Assembly (NCBI RefSeq): GCF_026626685.1
Contig: NZ_JAPNJX010000001.1
Coordinates: 76,752-140,751, forward strand
DNA: 64,000 nucleotides
Origin: Nannocystis sp. SCPEA4
Lineage (GTDB): Bacteria; Myxococcota_A; Polyangia; Nannocystales; Nannocystaceae
Direction of reading: 5' to 3'
Below, piece after piece: positions 50,807-60,857 of this stretch. The position numbers and the translations under genes were made by a program. The notes beneath the pieces are model-generated. The model saw nothing but the letters and a program-made list of their open reading frames with translations, did no database searches and was not told the origin of the DNA. Position 1 is the stretch's first letter, and each line of letters starts with the position of its first letter.

Positions 50807-52213
50807 TCACCCCGGCGGGTTGCAGGCGACGGTCTTGAGCGACCCCCCGGTCATGTCGGAGTACGTGTACGCCCCGACCAGCCCGCCGATCATCTGATAG
50901 CTGAGGTCGTCGGGATCGACGCGATAGGCCCGGTTCTGCGCGTCGGGCACCGCCCAGATGAAGCCGTCGACGTCGACGCTGATGCCCTTGCACTGCACGT
51001 TCTCGCCGGCGAACATCACCGTGTCGGTGAGCGCCATCGTCTCGACGTCGATCGCCTGGATCCCGCCGACGATCCCGACCCACATGCGGTGCTGGTGATC
51101 CTCGGCGAGGCCGACCCCCGCGTTGTTGATGTTGCCCTGGATCGTCGTCCACACCTGGGCCATCGGGTCCCACTGGCCCGGCACGCCGGTGCCGCCCCAG
51201 ATCCGGCCCTTGTGGTCGACGGTGATGCCGTAGCCGTAGAACGGCCCGATCGTGTCGTACGTCAGCGTCTCGAAGTCGACGTGGATCGCCCCGGCGCCGC
51301 CCTCGAACAGCCGCGTCAGCCACAGGTCGTTGCTCGCGTCCACCACCCCGCCGTACAGCCCGAATGTCGTGCACGGGAACGGCATCTCGATGGTGTCCTC
51401 GACCACCCCCGTCATGCCGTCGAGGCGGTGGACGAAGATCTTGCTGTCGTTGCAGAAGCTGCCGCCCTGCCCGCCCGGGTCGCGGCCCTCGCCGGTCCAG
51501 ATCTTCTGATTCTCCCACTCGCACGTCTGCGGATTGCGCACCCCCGTGGTCCACGCGACCGGACGCTGGCTCGCCGCCTCCGGGAAATCGGTGTACCACG
51601 CCACGCAATCGTCGGTGCCCCACGGCTTCACGTCCCCCGCGCCGCTCGACGTGTTGGGGCCCTTGCAGTCCTCCGGTCGGGCCCAGATCTTGATGACCCC
51701 GCCCTCGCGGTTGGCGACCGCGACCGCGCGCCCGTCGACGCTCACCGACGTGCGCGACGGATTGCCCCACGTCTCGCGCGTCAGGTAGCGCCCCTCCTCC
51801 ACCAGAGTGCGCGTATTGATCTTCGACACCGTGCTCTCGGTGCTGTTGGCGATCCAGATGTAACTGAAGTCGGCCTGGCCGCACATCTTGGCGCAATCGG
51901 CCGCCCCGGCGTCGGGCAGCACGCCGGCGTCGAACTTGAACCCGCCCGAGGTCTCGCTCGGGTCCAGGGTCACGCCCGCGCTGGTCTCGCTGGTGGTCGG
52001 CACCGTGCTCGTGCTCGTCGTCGTCGTGCCGCCGTCGCTGTCGCTGCCGCTCCCCGTGGTCGTCGTCGGCCCCGTCGGGCCCCCGGTGCCTGTCGGCGTC
52101 GTGCTCGTGCCGGCCGTCTCCGTCGCCCCCTTCGAGTCCCCGACCGAATCGCCGCAAGCGCCGGCGACCATCGCCCCGAACCCGACCACGAACGCACACG
52201 TGGATCTCCGCAT
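50807..52213 (-). CDS. Lipoprotein with Thr-rich linker and beta-propeller-like domain
   Basis: Lipobox MVAGAC and a long TTTT linker. Confidence 0.55.
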   Translation of the reverse strand: MRRSTCAFVVGFGAMVAGACGDSVGDSKGATETAGTSTTPTGTGGPTGPTTTTGSGSDSDGGTTTTSTSTVPTTSETSAGVTLDPSETSGGFKFDAGVLPDAGAADCAKMCGQADFSYIWIANSTESTVSKINTRTLVEEGRYLTRETWGNPSRTSVSVDGRAVAVANREGGVIKIWARPEDCKGPNTSSGAGDVKPWGTDDCVAWYTDFPEAASQRPVAWTTGVRNPQTCEWENQKIWTGEGRDPGGQGGSFCNDSKIFVHRLDGMTGVVEDTIEMPFPCTTFGLYGGVVDASNDLWLTRLFEGGAGAIHVDFETLTYDTIGPFYGYGITVDHKGRIWGGTGVPGQWDPMAQVWTTIQGNINNAGVGLAEDHQHRMWVGIVGGIQAIDVETMALTDTVMFAGENVQCKGISVDVDGFIWAVPDAQNRAYRVDPDDLSYQMIGGLVGAYTYSDMTGGSLKTVACNPPG

Positions 52214-52709
52214 CCGACCAGGCTATCCCGCCGCCAGAGACGAGGTCAAGCCCTCACCTGCGGCCATGGGGAATCACCCGGCCGGCCGGCGGGCCCGGCA
52301 GCTCGCCGGCCGACAGGGCGACCCGAGAGGCGTCGCGGCGTCCGTCGCATCGCTCGCCTCGCAATTGCGGGTCGCATCATTCGCCGATCTCGAGCGACGC
52401 GCCGCCGTGAATCATGCGTACCATTCTCATGACATGATTCGAATCACCGCCGCCGGAATCCACACACGAATCCGGCTTCGGCCGTCGTGCGAGTACCCGA
52501 CATTTTCTGCGCTCTCCGGCCCGCGGTGGTGAGACGTCCGCCGACCTGTCCGACCCGGCCTCGCTGCGGGCGCGCGGATGACCCGGGCCGGCGACGAATC
52601 GTGACACAACACACCCATCTCACGCCGAATCGCGGTCGGGGCGGTGCGACAATCGAGCGGCGGAGCGACGGCCTTCTGCGCCGCAGCACTCGCGCCGCAC
52701 GTTCGACGT

Positions 52710-53657
52710 ATGAAGCAGACAGCGTTGTTTTTCGGGGTGGCGCTCGCTCTCGGCGGGTGTCGTATGTTCGCAGGCTCGAGCGAGCCCAGCCGGGTCGACG
52801 CCCTCGTCGACGAGTCGGAGCGGGGCGCCAAGGAGGCGATGGCCCGCTGGGAGCAGGCCGAGATCGAGGCCAAGAAGGCCGAGGAGGCCGCGCAGGCGGC
52901 GATCGACGCCGCCAAGCAATACGAGGTGCGCGCCAAGGCCGCCGACGCCGAGCTCGAGCAGTACACCGCCGTCCTCGCGGAGGCGCGCGACGTGGCCGAC
53001 GGGTGCAAGGCCACGCGCGAGCGTCTGGTCGAGATCCACGATTTTCTGCTCGAGTACGTGTCCGAGCCGCGACGCGACGCCGCGATCGCCGGGCTGGAGC
53101 CGTGCCGCAAGGCCGCCGCGAAGCCCAAGAAGGCGGACGTCGAGCGCGAGAACGCCGCCATGCGCAAGGATGTCGCGGCGACGCTCGAGCAGCAGTTCGA
53201 CGCCGCGTTCCCGGACGAGCGCGGCCATCTGGTCGCCACCGTGAAGGGCGAGGTCCTCGACGTCGACATGCCGACCTTCTCCGGCTGGGACGCGGAGCGC
53301 TCGCAAAACGAGGTCGACGGGTGGTGCGACAAGGTCCCGAACTTCACCTCGATCGCGCTGCGCAATCGCAGCGGCAGCTTCAAATGCAAGGTCAAGGAGC
53401 CGCCGAAAGAGTACGCGGCGCGAATGTTGCGAGCCGCGAAGCTCGACGAGCCGTGGACCTCACCGCCGGGCGGTCCGAAGCCCATTCCAGCCCCGCAGGG
53501 CGAGGCCGAGCGCGCCGAGATGGAGCGCCTCATCGGCGAAATGAAGACGACCGGCGACGCGATGGAGGAGGCCCATATCCGTCTCGACGGCGCCAAGGAG
53601 CGAGCCGAGAACGCCATCGCGCATTTCGAGGAGATGGTGAAGGAGGCCTCGCGCTGA
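52710..53657 (+). CDS. Coiled-coil lipoprotein
   Basis: Lipobox LALGGC followed by EA/K-rich helical heptads. Confidence 0.5.
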   Translation: MKQTALFFGVALALGGCRMFAGSSEPSRVDALVDESERGAKEAMARWEQAEIEAKKAEEAAQAAIDAAKQYEVRAKAADAELEQYTAVLAEARDVADGCKATRERLVEIHDFLLEYVSEPRRDAAIAGLEPCRKAAAKPKKADVERENAAMRKDVAATLEQQFDAAFPDERGHLVATVKGEVLDVDMPTFSGWDAERSQNEVDGWCDKVPNFTSIALRNRSGSFKCKVKEPPKEYAARMLRAAKLDEPWTSPPGGPKPIPAPQGEAERAEMERLIGEMKTTGDAMEEAHIRLDGAKERAENAIAHFEEMVKEASR

Positions 53658-53688
53658 ACGCCGCCCCGCCCTCCGGGCAGCCGCAGCC

Positions 53689-54981
53689 TCACGTCGGCGT
53701 GAGGCGGAACATGCCCGACTGGCTGGCCGGGCGCAGCTTGGCCAGCAGCGGCTCGACCTCGCGGCTCAGCGCCTGCTCGTCGGCCTTGCCGATCGAGGCG
53801 CCGCACGACAGCAGCGCGAACGCGACGTAGTCGTACATCATCTCGCGCACCAGCACCTCGGGCTCGCCGCCGAGGGCCTTGCAGGTGTTGCTCGCGTTGC
53901 GGTCGATCATCTGCCCGTTGAACCCGCCGTGCTCGAACGGACCTGCCCCACGGAACAGGTCGTCGTAGGACCCGCGGGCGAACCCCGCCATGGCGTTGCG
54001 GAACACGGTGCCGCGGCCGGCCATGTCCGCGCGCTGGTGAATCGCCCGCAGCGCCGTGTTGGCCAGCTCGACCGCCTCGGCCGCCCCGCCGCGCAGCCGC
54101 GGCGGCAGGATGATCACGTGCTGCGACTGCGTCAGCTGGAACAGCATCTCGGTGACCTGGAACTCGCCGAGGCCGGTCGAGCGGCCCAGCTGCTCGACGC
54201 TCTGCACGCCGTCGAGCGCGTTCCACAGCGGCAGCAGCTCGGTCCCCGGGGCTACCGCGCCGGGCCGCTTCTTCGGGATGTACTGCGACGACGGGATCCA
54301 TGGGCGGAAGTAGCGGATCCCGTCGAGCCGCACGATCAGGTGCATCAGCAACGACGTCGCGCTGTGGACCTGGCGGAACGGCAGGCGCGACTCCTCGTAG
54401 CCGTCGAGGAACGCGTACAGCCCGTCGTCGGCCATCAGCACCGCGAACACGACCTCCTCGACCTGGCGCCCGAGCAGGCTCAGCACCTGCTCCTCGGTCA
54501 GCGCGCCCATCGCCACCGCCGCCACGCCGAAGCGCTCGCCGGTCTTGCGCGCGCGCACCAGCACGTCGCCCAGCACGTCCTCGTGGACCGCGCCGAAGCG
54601 GTAGGCGATGTTGCCGAGCAGCTCGTCGCCGGCGTCCGACTGCACGCCGACGATCGACCCGTGCTCGAAGAACAGGCTGCGCGAGTGCTCCGAGTCCTGC
54701 ACCACCAGCTCGCCGCGCCAGCCGACCTGCGCGAGCAGGGCGATCACGTCGGCCATCGCACCGGGCCCCGTGATCTCGCCGGCGATCCGGACCACCGCGC
54801 CGTCCTCGCGATCGCGGCGGCCGTCGGCGCCGACGTAGCGCATGAACACGAGATGGCGCGGGGACGGCATGATGCGGAACGCGCCCTCACGGGTACGCAT
54901 CCGCTGCGTCGCCACCTCGCCCAAAGGATGCGCCGCGCCCGTCCCGTCGATCCAGACCAGCTCGTCCTGCGCGTGCTTCAT
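53689..54981 (-). CDS. DUF4388-domain protein
   Basis: N-terminal DUF4388-like segment GEITGPGAMADVIALLAQVGWRGELVV...GSIVGVQSD. Confidence 0.6.
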   Translation of the reverse strand: MKHAQDELVWIDGTGAAHPLGEVATQRMRTREGAFRIMPSPRHLVFMRYVGADGRRDREDGAVVRIAGEITGPGAMADVIALLAQVGWRGELVVQDSEHSRSLFFEHGSIVGVQSDAGDELLGNIAYRFGAVHEDVLGDVLVRARKTGERFGVAAVAMGALTEEQVLSLLGRQVEEVVFAVLMADDGLYAFLDGYEESRLPFRQVHSATSLLMHLIVRLDGIRYFRPWIPSSQYIPKKRPGAVAPGTELLPLWNALDGVQSVEQLGRSTGLGEFQVTEMLFQLTQSQHVIILPPRLRGGAAEAVELANTALRAIHQRADMAGRGTVFRNAMAGFARGSYDDLFRGAGPFEHGGFNGQMIDRNASNTCKALGGEPEVLVREMMYDYVAFALLSCGASIGKADEQALSREVEPLLAKLRPASQSGMFRLTPT

Positions 54982-55285
54982 GCTCGGGGCCGCACTGTAA
55001 CACCTGTCCGTTCGGTTCTCACCCCGCCGTACGCGGCCCGCGGTCCGGTGACCCCGCCCGGTGATGCCCGCGAAGCCTGCTCTTTCGGTCAGCCAGTCCC
55101 GGGCCTGCACTAGGCATTCGCTCCGTCCTCGCGCAGGGACGAAAGTGCAAGCAAACACGGCGGAAACAGGCGCGGGAGCTCGAATGCCCGCCGCGACACG
55201 GGTGCCGCGACCGCGACATTCGGCATCCTGTCGCGACAGCAAGAGCGCCCGAAGGCCCTGCGCGGGCGTTCGGGCGGGATCGCGC

Positions 55286-56737
55286 TCAGCCCTCGGGCAG
55301 CACCACGAACGCGAACTCGCCGGGCGTCGCGGTCCCGAGCGTGTCGACGGACAGGAAGTAGGTGCCCGGCTGCAGCGGCCCCTCGAGCTCGCGGTCGCCC
55401 CGTTTCACGCACGTGCCGGCGTCGGTCAGCGTCATCAAGTGGAGGTCGACGTCGACGTTGCCCTGGTCGAACACCAGCGCCCGGATCGTCGTCGGCGCGT
55501 CGATCGTCAGCTCGTACACGAATTCGGGCCCGTCCTCGCCCATCGCCATGCACGCGCCCTGGTAGGCGTCGATCGCGTCGCTGGGGCTGTCGGCGGTGCT
55601 GCGCATGTCGGCGAACGGCAGGCCCGGGATCACGATCGGCTCCTCGAGCGTGCCGGCGCCCAGCAGCGTCGGCGCGGTCGCGTCGGGCGGCGGACCGCCG
55701 TCCACGATCACCGTCTTGCCGCGGGCGAGCGCCTCGAGCGTGACCAGGTTGCGGCGGTTGTAGCCGCTGGTGATGCCGCTGAAGCCGAACGCGCACGGAG
55801 CCGGCGTCACCATGTCGGCCGCGAGGGCGACGCTGAGGTCGATGCCGTCGGCCGCGAGCCCGGCGTTGGGCAGGCCCGCGAGCGCGAGGTTGAGGTCGAT
55901 CAGCGGGATCTTGCGGCCCTGCGCGAGGGCGCGGATGAACGCGTTGTAGCGCGGCACGTAGACATCGATCCCGGCCGGCATCGTGCGCGCAGGGATGGTC
56001 GACAGGATCGGCACCGTGCCGCCGGCGATCAGCGCGTCGACCACGGCGACGAGGTTGTCGGCGAACGTGAACACGCCGTCGGGCGGCGGCGCCTCGAGCT
56101 CGGTGGTGCCGAGCAGCACGACCGCGAAGCGCGGGTTGATCTCGGTCACCTCGCTTACCAGCGGCGACGGGGCGCCGGCCAGGATCTCGGCCCCGGTCCA
56201 GCCCGGCATCGCCGCCAGGCTGACGCGACTGAACGACGTCGCCCCCATGCCGGCCGCGGTGGCGTTGAAGAAGTCGACCGTGGGCTGCAGCGCCGGCGGC
56301 AGCTCGGCGATCTGCATGGCGTCGGCCAGGCAGTTCATGAAATTGCTGCTGGCGGTGTGCGTCCCGCCGACCTTGGCGAACACGCCGTCGGTCTTGACCC
56401 CCTTGGCCGCGATCGCGGTCATCGCCGCCGCCACGTCGGCCGTGATCGGCGAGTGCACCTCGGTGAACGGGTAGTACTCGCCGAGCACCGTCGGCTCGCC
56501 GGTCGTCGTCGTCTCGGTCTCACCTGTCTCCGAGGTCAGGGTGTCGCCCGTCGTCGTCGTCGTCGTCGTCTCGGTCGTGTCGGTCGCCGGCTCCGGCCCG
56601 GTGGTCGGGTCGGTCGACGTCGGCATCGCCGTCGCCGAGGTCGTGGCGAGCGTCCCGCTGGTCTCGCCGTCGAGCGGCGCTCCCGCTGCGCACCCGACCG
56701 CCAGCGCGGCCATCGGTCCGATAATCCATCGCGTCAT
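55286..56737 (-). CDS. Lipoprotein with Thr-rich linker (possible SGNH/hydrolase-like and PPC-like C-terminal domains)
   Basis: Lipobox LAVGCAAG and a TTETTTTT linker. Confidence 0.55.
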   Translation of the reverse strand: MTRWIIGPMAALAVGCAAGAPLDGETSGTLATTSATAMPTSTDPTTGPEPATDTTETTTTTTTGDTLTSETGETETTTTGEPTVLGEYYPFTEVHSPITADVAAAMTAIAAKGVKTDGVFAKVGGTHTASSNFMNCLADAMQIAELPPALQPTVDFFNATAAGMGATSFSRVSLAAMPGWTGAEILAGAPSPLVSEVTEINPRFAVVLLGTTELEAPPPDGVFTFADNLVAVVDALIAGGTVPILSTIPARTMPAGIDVYVPRYNAFIRALAQGRKIPLIDLNLALAGLPNAGLAADGIDLSVALAADMVTPAPCAFGFSGITSGYNRRNLVTLEALARGKTVIVDGGPPPDATAPTLLGAGTLEEPIVIPGLPFADMRSTADSPSDAIDAYQGACMAMGEDGPEFVYELTIDAPTTIRALVFDQGNVDVDLHLMTLTDAGTCVKRGDRELEGPLQPGTYFLSVDTLGTATPGEFAFVVLPEG

Positions 56738-56914
56738 GGCCCGGCAGGGTACACCATGTCGGCCGCCCCACCGCAGGGCCCGAGAGCGCGCCGGTCACGG
56801 CCCGGGGCGCCCGGCGAACGCGGGCCCGGCCCGTCGCACGCCGATCCGCGCGCGCCGGCCTTCGCGCGGCGCAGCCCGCTTCCGGGGCGTCCGCGCGCGT
56901 CTTCGCAACCGCGG

Positions 56915-57145
56915 CACAACATGTCCTCGCGGACATCTGCTCCCCGGATCGGGGCCGCACGGACGCCGCGCATGCAGGCGGACGTGCACCCGCTATCTCA
57001 GCGCCCGAGACGCGACAATTGTCGCGCCTGCCTGGCCCGAGAGACATGTCCGGATCGACCGCCGATCGTCCATGTCCCATCAGACATGTCCATGGCAGAC
57101 CCCGCGACCGCGCCACGGACATGACCATGAAGACATGTCCATGAA
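56915..57145. promoter_or_regulatory. Array of at least seven GACATGTCC-type sites in the promoter region of the 55286-56737 lipoprotein gene
   Basis: Sites in order: caacatgtcctcg, cggacatctgc, agacatgtccgga, tccatgtccca, agacatgtccatgg, cggacatgaccatg, agacatgtccatg. Confidence 0.45.
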
Positions 57146-57168
57146 GCCATCCGTGCGCAGCCTGGCGC

Positions 57169-58569
57169 TCAATCGCCGCGGCCGGCGCGGCCGAGGAAGA
57201 AGCCGGCGAGCCCGCCGGTCACGCCCCACGACGTCCCGCGCGGGATCTCCGGGACCGCCGTCTCGAGCCGCTGCCAGTTGACGGCCGCGAACACCCGCAG
57301 GTGCTGCAGGAGCACCCAGTTGACGCCCGCGGACGCGGCCGTGATGCCGTTGCCGGCCAGGTCGCGGGCGCCGACGCGGAAGCGCTCGAAGCGGGCCGAC
57401 AGCTCGACCGCGCTGTCGCGGACGCGCCGGCTCGCCAGCCGCGGCAGCAGCGTCGCCGGGTCCTTCTCCTGCCCCGTCACCACCGCCCCGAGCTGCGCGT
57501 AGCCGCCGGCGCCGATGAACTGCGGCAGCGGGTCGCCGGGCGTGAACGGGTCGCCGTCGGTGTCGCGCTCGCGCGAGTCGTACGTGTAGAAGAACTCGCC
57601 GCGGGCCGACAGGAAGCGCCAGAACAGCCCGCCGCCGGCCGTGAAGCGCCGCGACGCCCCGCTGCTCGGCAGCCCGTGGAAGAAGTCGAAGCCGAACGCG
57701 GTCGTCACCGTCGGCGTGAAGCCGTTGGTCTTGTGGTACGCGAACACCGACGCCACCAGGATCAGCTTCGGCCCGCGCTGCAGCCCCGCCAGCGGGTTGA
57801 GCTGGACCTTGCCGGCGAACGCGATCTTCGTGTTGTTGGCCTCGCGGTTCTGGCCGATGCCGGAGAACACCGCCGCCGTCACCTCGGCCCAGCGCCAGAA
57901 GTCGTACGCCACCTCGAGCCCGACCTGCCGGCCCGGCGTGGCCGCCAGCAGCGACAGCGGCGCCCGCGGCAGCTCGTCGACCAAATCGGGCGCGTTGAAG
58001 CGGAGCCCGAACGGCGCCTTGAACTGGCCCGCGCGCAGCCGCAGCCGCGGCGCCGCCGCCCACGCCACGAACGCGTCGAACAGCTGCGGCCCCTTGGCCT
58101 GCGCCGCCTCGATCGTCACGAACGCCGTCACCGGCCCGACGCTCACCCCGCCGCCGATCCGCGCCCCGGCCAGGCTGATGTTGCTGTAGCCCTCGCGCGG
58201 CGCCGAGTACCAGGTCGCGTCGGTGCGGATCCACCCGTACGGGAAGAACTCGAACCGCTCGCGCAGCGGCTTCTTCGCGGCTGGAAGTTCGGGCATGCTC
58301 TTCGGGACAGGCGTCTCACCGCCGGCCGCAGCGGCCCCTGCAGGCCCTGAAGTGGATGTGTCCGTTCGGACATGCTCCTTCGGACCTCCGCCCTGGGCGT
58401 CGCCCGGCGCCGGCACAGAGATGTCCGTTTGGACAGGTTCGCCTGTACCTGCCTCACCGGGTGTGTGGCCAGCGCTCTGCCCCGGGCGCTCGGGCACCGG
58501 CACGCTGGTCACCTCCTCGGCCGGCGCCGTCGCCAGCGCTGCCCCCATGATGATCGTCGTCGACAGCAC
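57169..58569 (-). CDS. Outer-membrane beta-barrel porin-like protein
   Basis: Signal peptide, low-complexity N-terminal region, and alternating beta-strand pattern ending in an aromatic residue. GTG start; alternative ATG at 58548. Confidence 0.45.
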   Translation of the reverse strand: MLSTTIIMGAALATAPAEEVTSVPVPERPGQSAGHTPGEAGTGEPVQTDISVPAPGDAQGGGPKEHVRTDTSTSGPAGAAAAGGETPVPKSMPELPAAKKPLRERFEFFPYGWIRTDATWYSAPREGYSNISLAGARIGGGVSVGPVTAFVTIEAAQAKGPQLFDAFVAWAAAPRLRLRAGQFKAPFGLRFNAPDLVDELPRAPLSLLAATPGRQVGLEVAYDFWRWAEVTAAVFSGIGQNREANNTKIAFAGKVQLNPLAGLQRGPKLILVASVFAYHKTNGFTPTVTTAFGFDFFHGLPSSGASRRFTAGGGLFWRFLSARGEFFYTYDSRERDTDGDPFTPGDPLPQFIGAGGYAQLGAVVTGQEKDPATLLPRLASRRVRDSAVELSARFERFRVGARDLAGNGITAASAGVNWVLLQHLRVFAAVNWQRLETAVPEIPRGTSWGVTGGLAGFFLGRAGRGD

Positions 58570-58575
58570 GGGCGC

Positions 58576-59577
58576 TCAACAGGCCGGCATGACCACGATC
58601 TGCTGGGTGTCGCGGGCCGACACGAAGATCCGGCTGACGCCGTCGAACGCGATCCCGCGCGGCTCCCAGTCGCCCTGCGCGACCGTCGTGATCGCGCAGT
58701 CGGCGGTCACGCGGTAGACGTAGCCGGTGCTGTTGGCCGTGTCGTACGACAGCACCAGCAGCGCCCCGTCGGGGGTCGTCTCCATCAGGTCGAGCGACTC
58801 GAACTCGTCGGACACCAGCGTCAGGGCCGGCGTGGCGGCCGTGAGGTCGACCTTGAACAGCTGCCGCTGCGCCTGGTCGCCGACGAACAGCGTGTCGCCG
58901 AGCACCGCGATGCCCACCGGCTTGCTGAGCCCCCCGAGCAGCATGGTCTCGACACCGGCGACCGGGTCGACGCTGGCGATCCAGCCGGTGTACACGTCGT
59001 CGGCGTCGCGCGAGTACGTGGACACCCACAACAGCCCGCGCGCGTCGTCGTGGTCGAGCCCGACCCGCCGCCACTCGGCGTTCACGCCCGCGATCGCCTC
59101 CGGCGCGCCGCCGGGCGCGACCTGGAAGATCGCCCCTAGCCCCGGCATGCCGAACCCGAAGCGCGGCACGAACAGCGTGCCGTCGGCCGCGAAGTCGAGG
59201 TCGCCGAGGCCGTCCGAGCCGGGATCGTTCGAGGGGTTGGGGATCTCCGCGAACACCTCGATCGCGCCGTCCTCGTCGCGCACCAGCACGCGGTTGTTGT
59301 CGTCGTCGGCGATGTACAGCCGCTGCTCCTCGACGCGGTAGTAGAGCCCGTTGGGCTCGGCCTGCACGTCGATGCGGTACTGGGCGAACGTCTCGCACTG
59401 CGCCGGCTCCCCGATCGTCCCGGTGGTCGTCGGCGCATCGTCGCTCGTGGTCGTGCCCGGGTCCGTCGCGGCCGCGGTCGTCGCCGTCCCGGTCTCGCTC
59501 TCGTCGGTCGTCGTCGCCAGCTCCGGCACACAGCCGGCGGCCAGGGCCAGCAGGACAAACTTCACGCGTGTCGTCAT
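58576..59577 (-). CDS. Lipoprotein with SMP-30/gluconolactonase/LRE-like beta-propeller
   Basis: Lipobox LAAGC, a Thr-rich linker, and propeller repeats. Confidence 0.55.
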   Translation of the reverse strand: MTTRVKFVLLALAAGCVPELATTTDESETGTATTAAATDPGTTTSDDAPTTTGTIGEPAQCETFAQYRIDVQAEPNGLYYRVEEQRLYIADDDNNRVLVRDEDGAIEVFAEIPNPSNDPGSDGLGDLDFAADGTLFVPRFGFGMPGLGAIFQVAPGGAPEAIAGVNAEWRRVGLDHDDARGLLWVSTYSRDADDVYTGWIASVDPVAGVETMLLGGLSKPVGIAVLGDTLFVGDQAQRQLFKVDLTAATPALTLVSDEFESLDLMETTPDGALLVLSYDTANSTGYVYRVTADCAITTVAQGDWEPRGIAFDGVSRIFVSARDTQQIVVMPAC

Positions 59578-59628
59578 GACTGCTCCAAAGGTCAGGTTGT
59601 CGTCGTCGGTTGTTGCCTGTCCCGCAGG

Positions 59629-60738
59629 TCAGGCGGCCGCGAGCTCGGCGACGCGGTCGCCGCAGCCGCGCACGTCGTAGCCGAGCGACGACAGCTCGCG
59701 GCGGAACGCCGCCGAGGTCATCGCGTCGAGGAAGCGCAGCACCCGGGGGTCGGCCAGCAGCGCCCGCGGGATCGCCAGGTCGTAGCGCTCCTCGGCCAGC
59801 GGCACGAACTCGAGCCCGAACGCGAGCGCCGCGTCGCGCGTGGCCACCCCGACCTCGCCGGCCCCGCTGGCGATCGCCTGCGCGACCTCGAGGTGCCCGC
59901 TCGCCCGCACCGGCGCCGCGTCGGCCAGCGTCGCCGGCAGACCGGCGCGCTGCAGCTCGCGCTCGAGCAGCCGCCGCGCGCCCGAGCCGGCCTCGCGCGC
60001 GACCAGCCGCAGCCCGCGGCGCCCGAGGTCGCCGGCGCCGCGGATCTTCCGCGGATTGCCCGGCGCGAGCAAAAGCCCCGCCTCCCATCGCGCCAGCGTG
60101 ATCAGCACCAGCGCCGCGCCGGTGTGCTTGCGGACGTCGGGCACGTTGGCCTCGCCGGTGCGCCCGTCGACCAGGTGCACTCCGGCCACGTGCGTGTGCT
60201 CGGCCGCCAGCGCCGCCAGAGCCTGCGTGCTCGAGCGCGGCAGCCACACGCAGCGACCGGCCCCGGCGCGCGTGCTCAGCCGATCGGCGAGCACCCCGAG
60301 GGCCGCAGCGCAGCCCATCACCACCAGGTTGCCCTGCGCCTCGGCCCGCGGCCGCACCAGCTCGACCTCGACCCGACCGCGCCGCCCGGGCGCCCGCGCC
60401 ACGATCGCGTCGGCCGCCAGCCGCATCGCCTCGCCGCTCAGCGGATACGCCACCCAGCGCCCGCCGACGTGGGCCAGAGCCACCCGCCCCGCCGACACCG
60501 CCGACGCCGGCTCGGCCTCGATCCGCAGCTCGCCGGTCGGGACCGCGAACAGATCCTCGACGCGACAGTCGAGCGCCCGCGCCAGCCGCAGCGCCACGTC
60601 GACCGCCGGCGTCGCCCGCCCGGCCTCGATCGCCCCCACGCTCTGGCGCGACAGGTTCGCCGCCTCCGCCAGCTCGACCTGGGACATCCCGCAGGCCTCT
60701 CGCGCCGCTCGCACCCGGTTGGGCTCGTTTTCGGTCAT
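59629..60738 (-). CDS. XRE-family HTH transcriptional regulator fused to a periplasmic-binding-protein-like (molybdate/ModE-type) domain
   Basis: HTH_XRE motif CGMSQVELAEAANLSRQSVGAIEAG, then a PBP-like fold. ATG at 60738; a TTG at 60777 is possible. Confidence 0.65.
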   Translation of the reverse strand: MTENEPNRVRAAREACGMSQVELAEAANLSRQSVGAIEAGRATPAVDVALRLARALDCRVEDLFAVPTGELRIEAEPASAVSAGRVALAHVGGRWVAYPLSGEAMRLAADAIVARAPGRRGRVEVELVRPRAEAQGNLVVMGCAAALGVLADRLSTRAGAGRCVWLPRSSTQALAALAAEHTHVAGVHLVDGRTGEANVPDVRKHTGAALVLITLARWEAGLLLAPGNPRKIRGAGDLGRRGLRLVAREAGSGARRLLERELQRAGLPATLADAAPVRASGHLEVAQAIASGAGEVGVATRDAALAFGLEFVPLAEERYDLAIPRALLADPRVLRFLDAMTSAAFRRELSSLGYDVRGCGDRVAELAAA

Positions 60739-60857
60739 GACGCGTACTCTTTCCTCGATGGAAAGCACACTTGTCAAGTGACTTCGCCGATCCCCTCCCC
60801 TCGCCCGTTCAGCGGCGCGGGCTGCCCCGACCCGGCGATGCGCGTAGGCTCGCGCGC

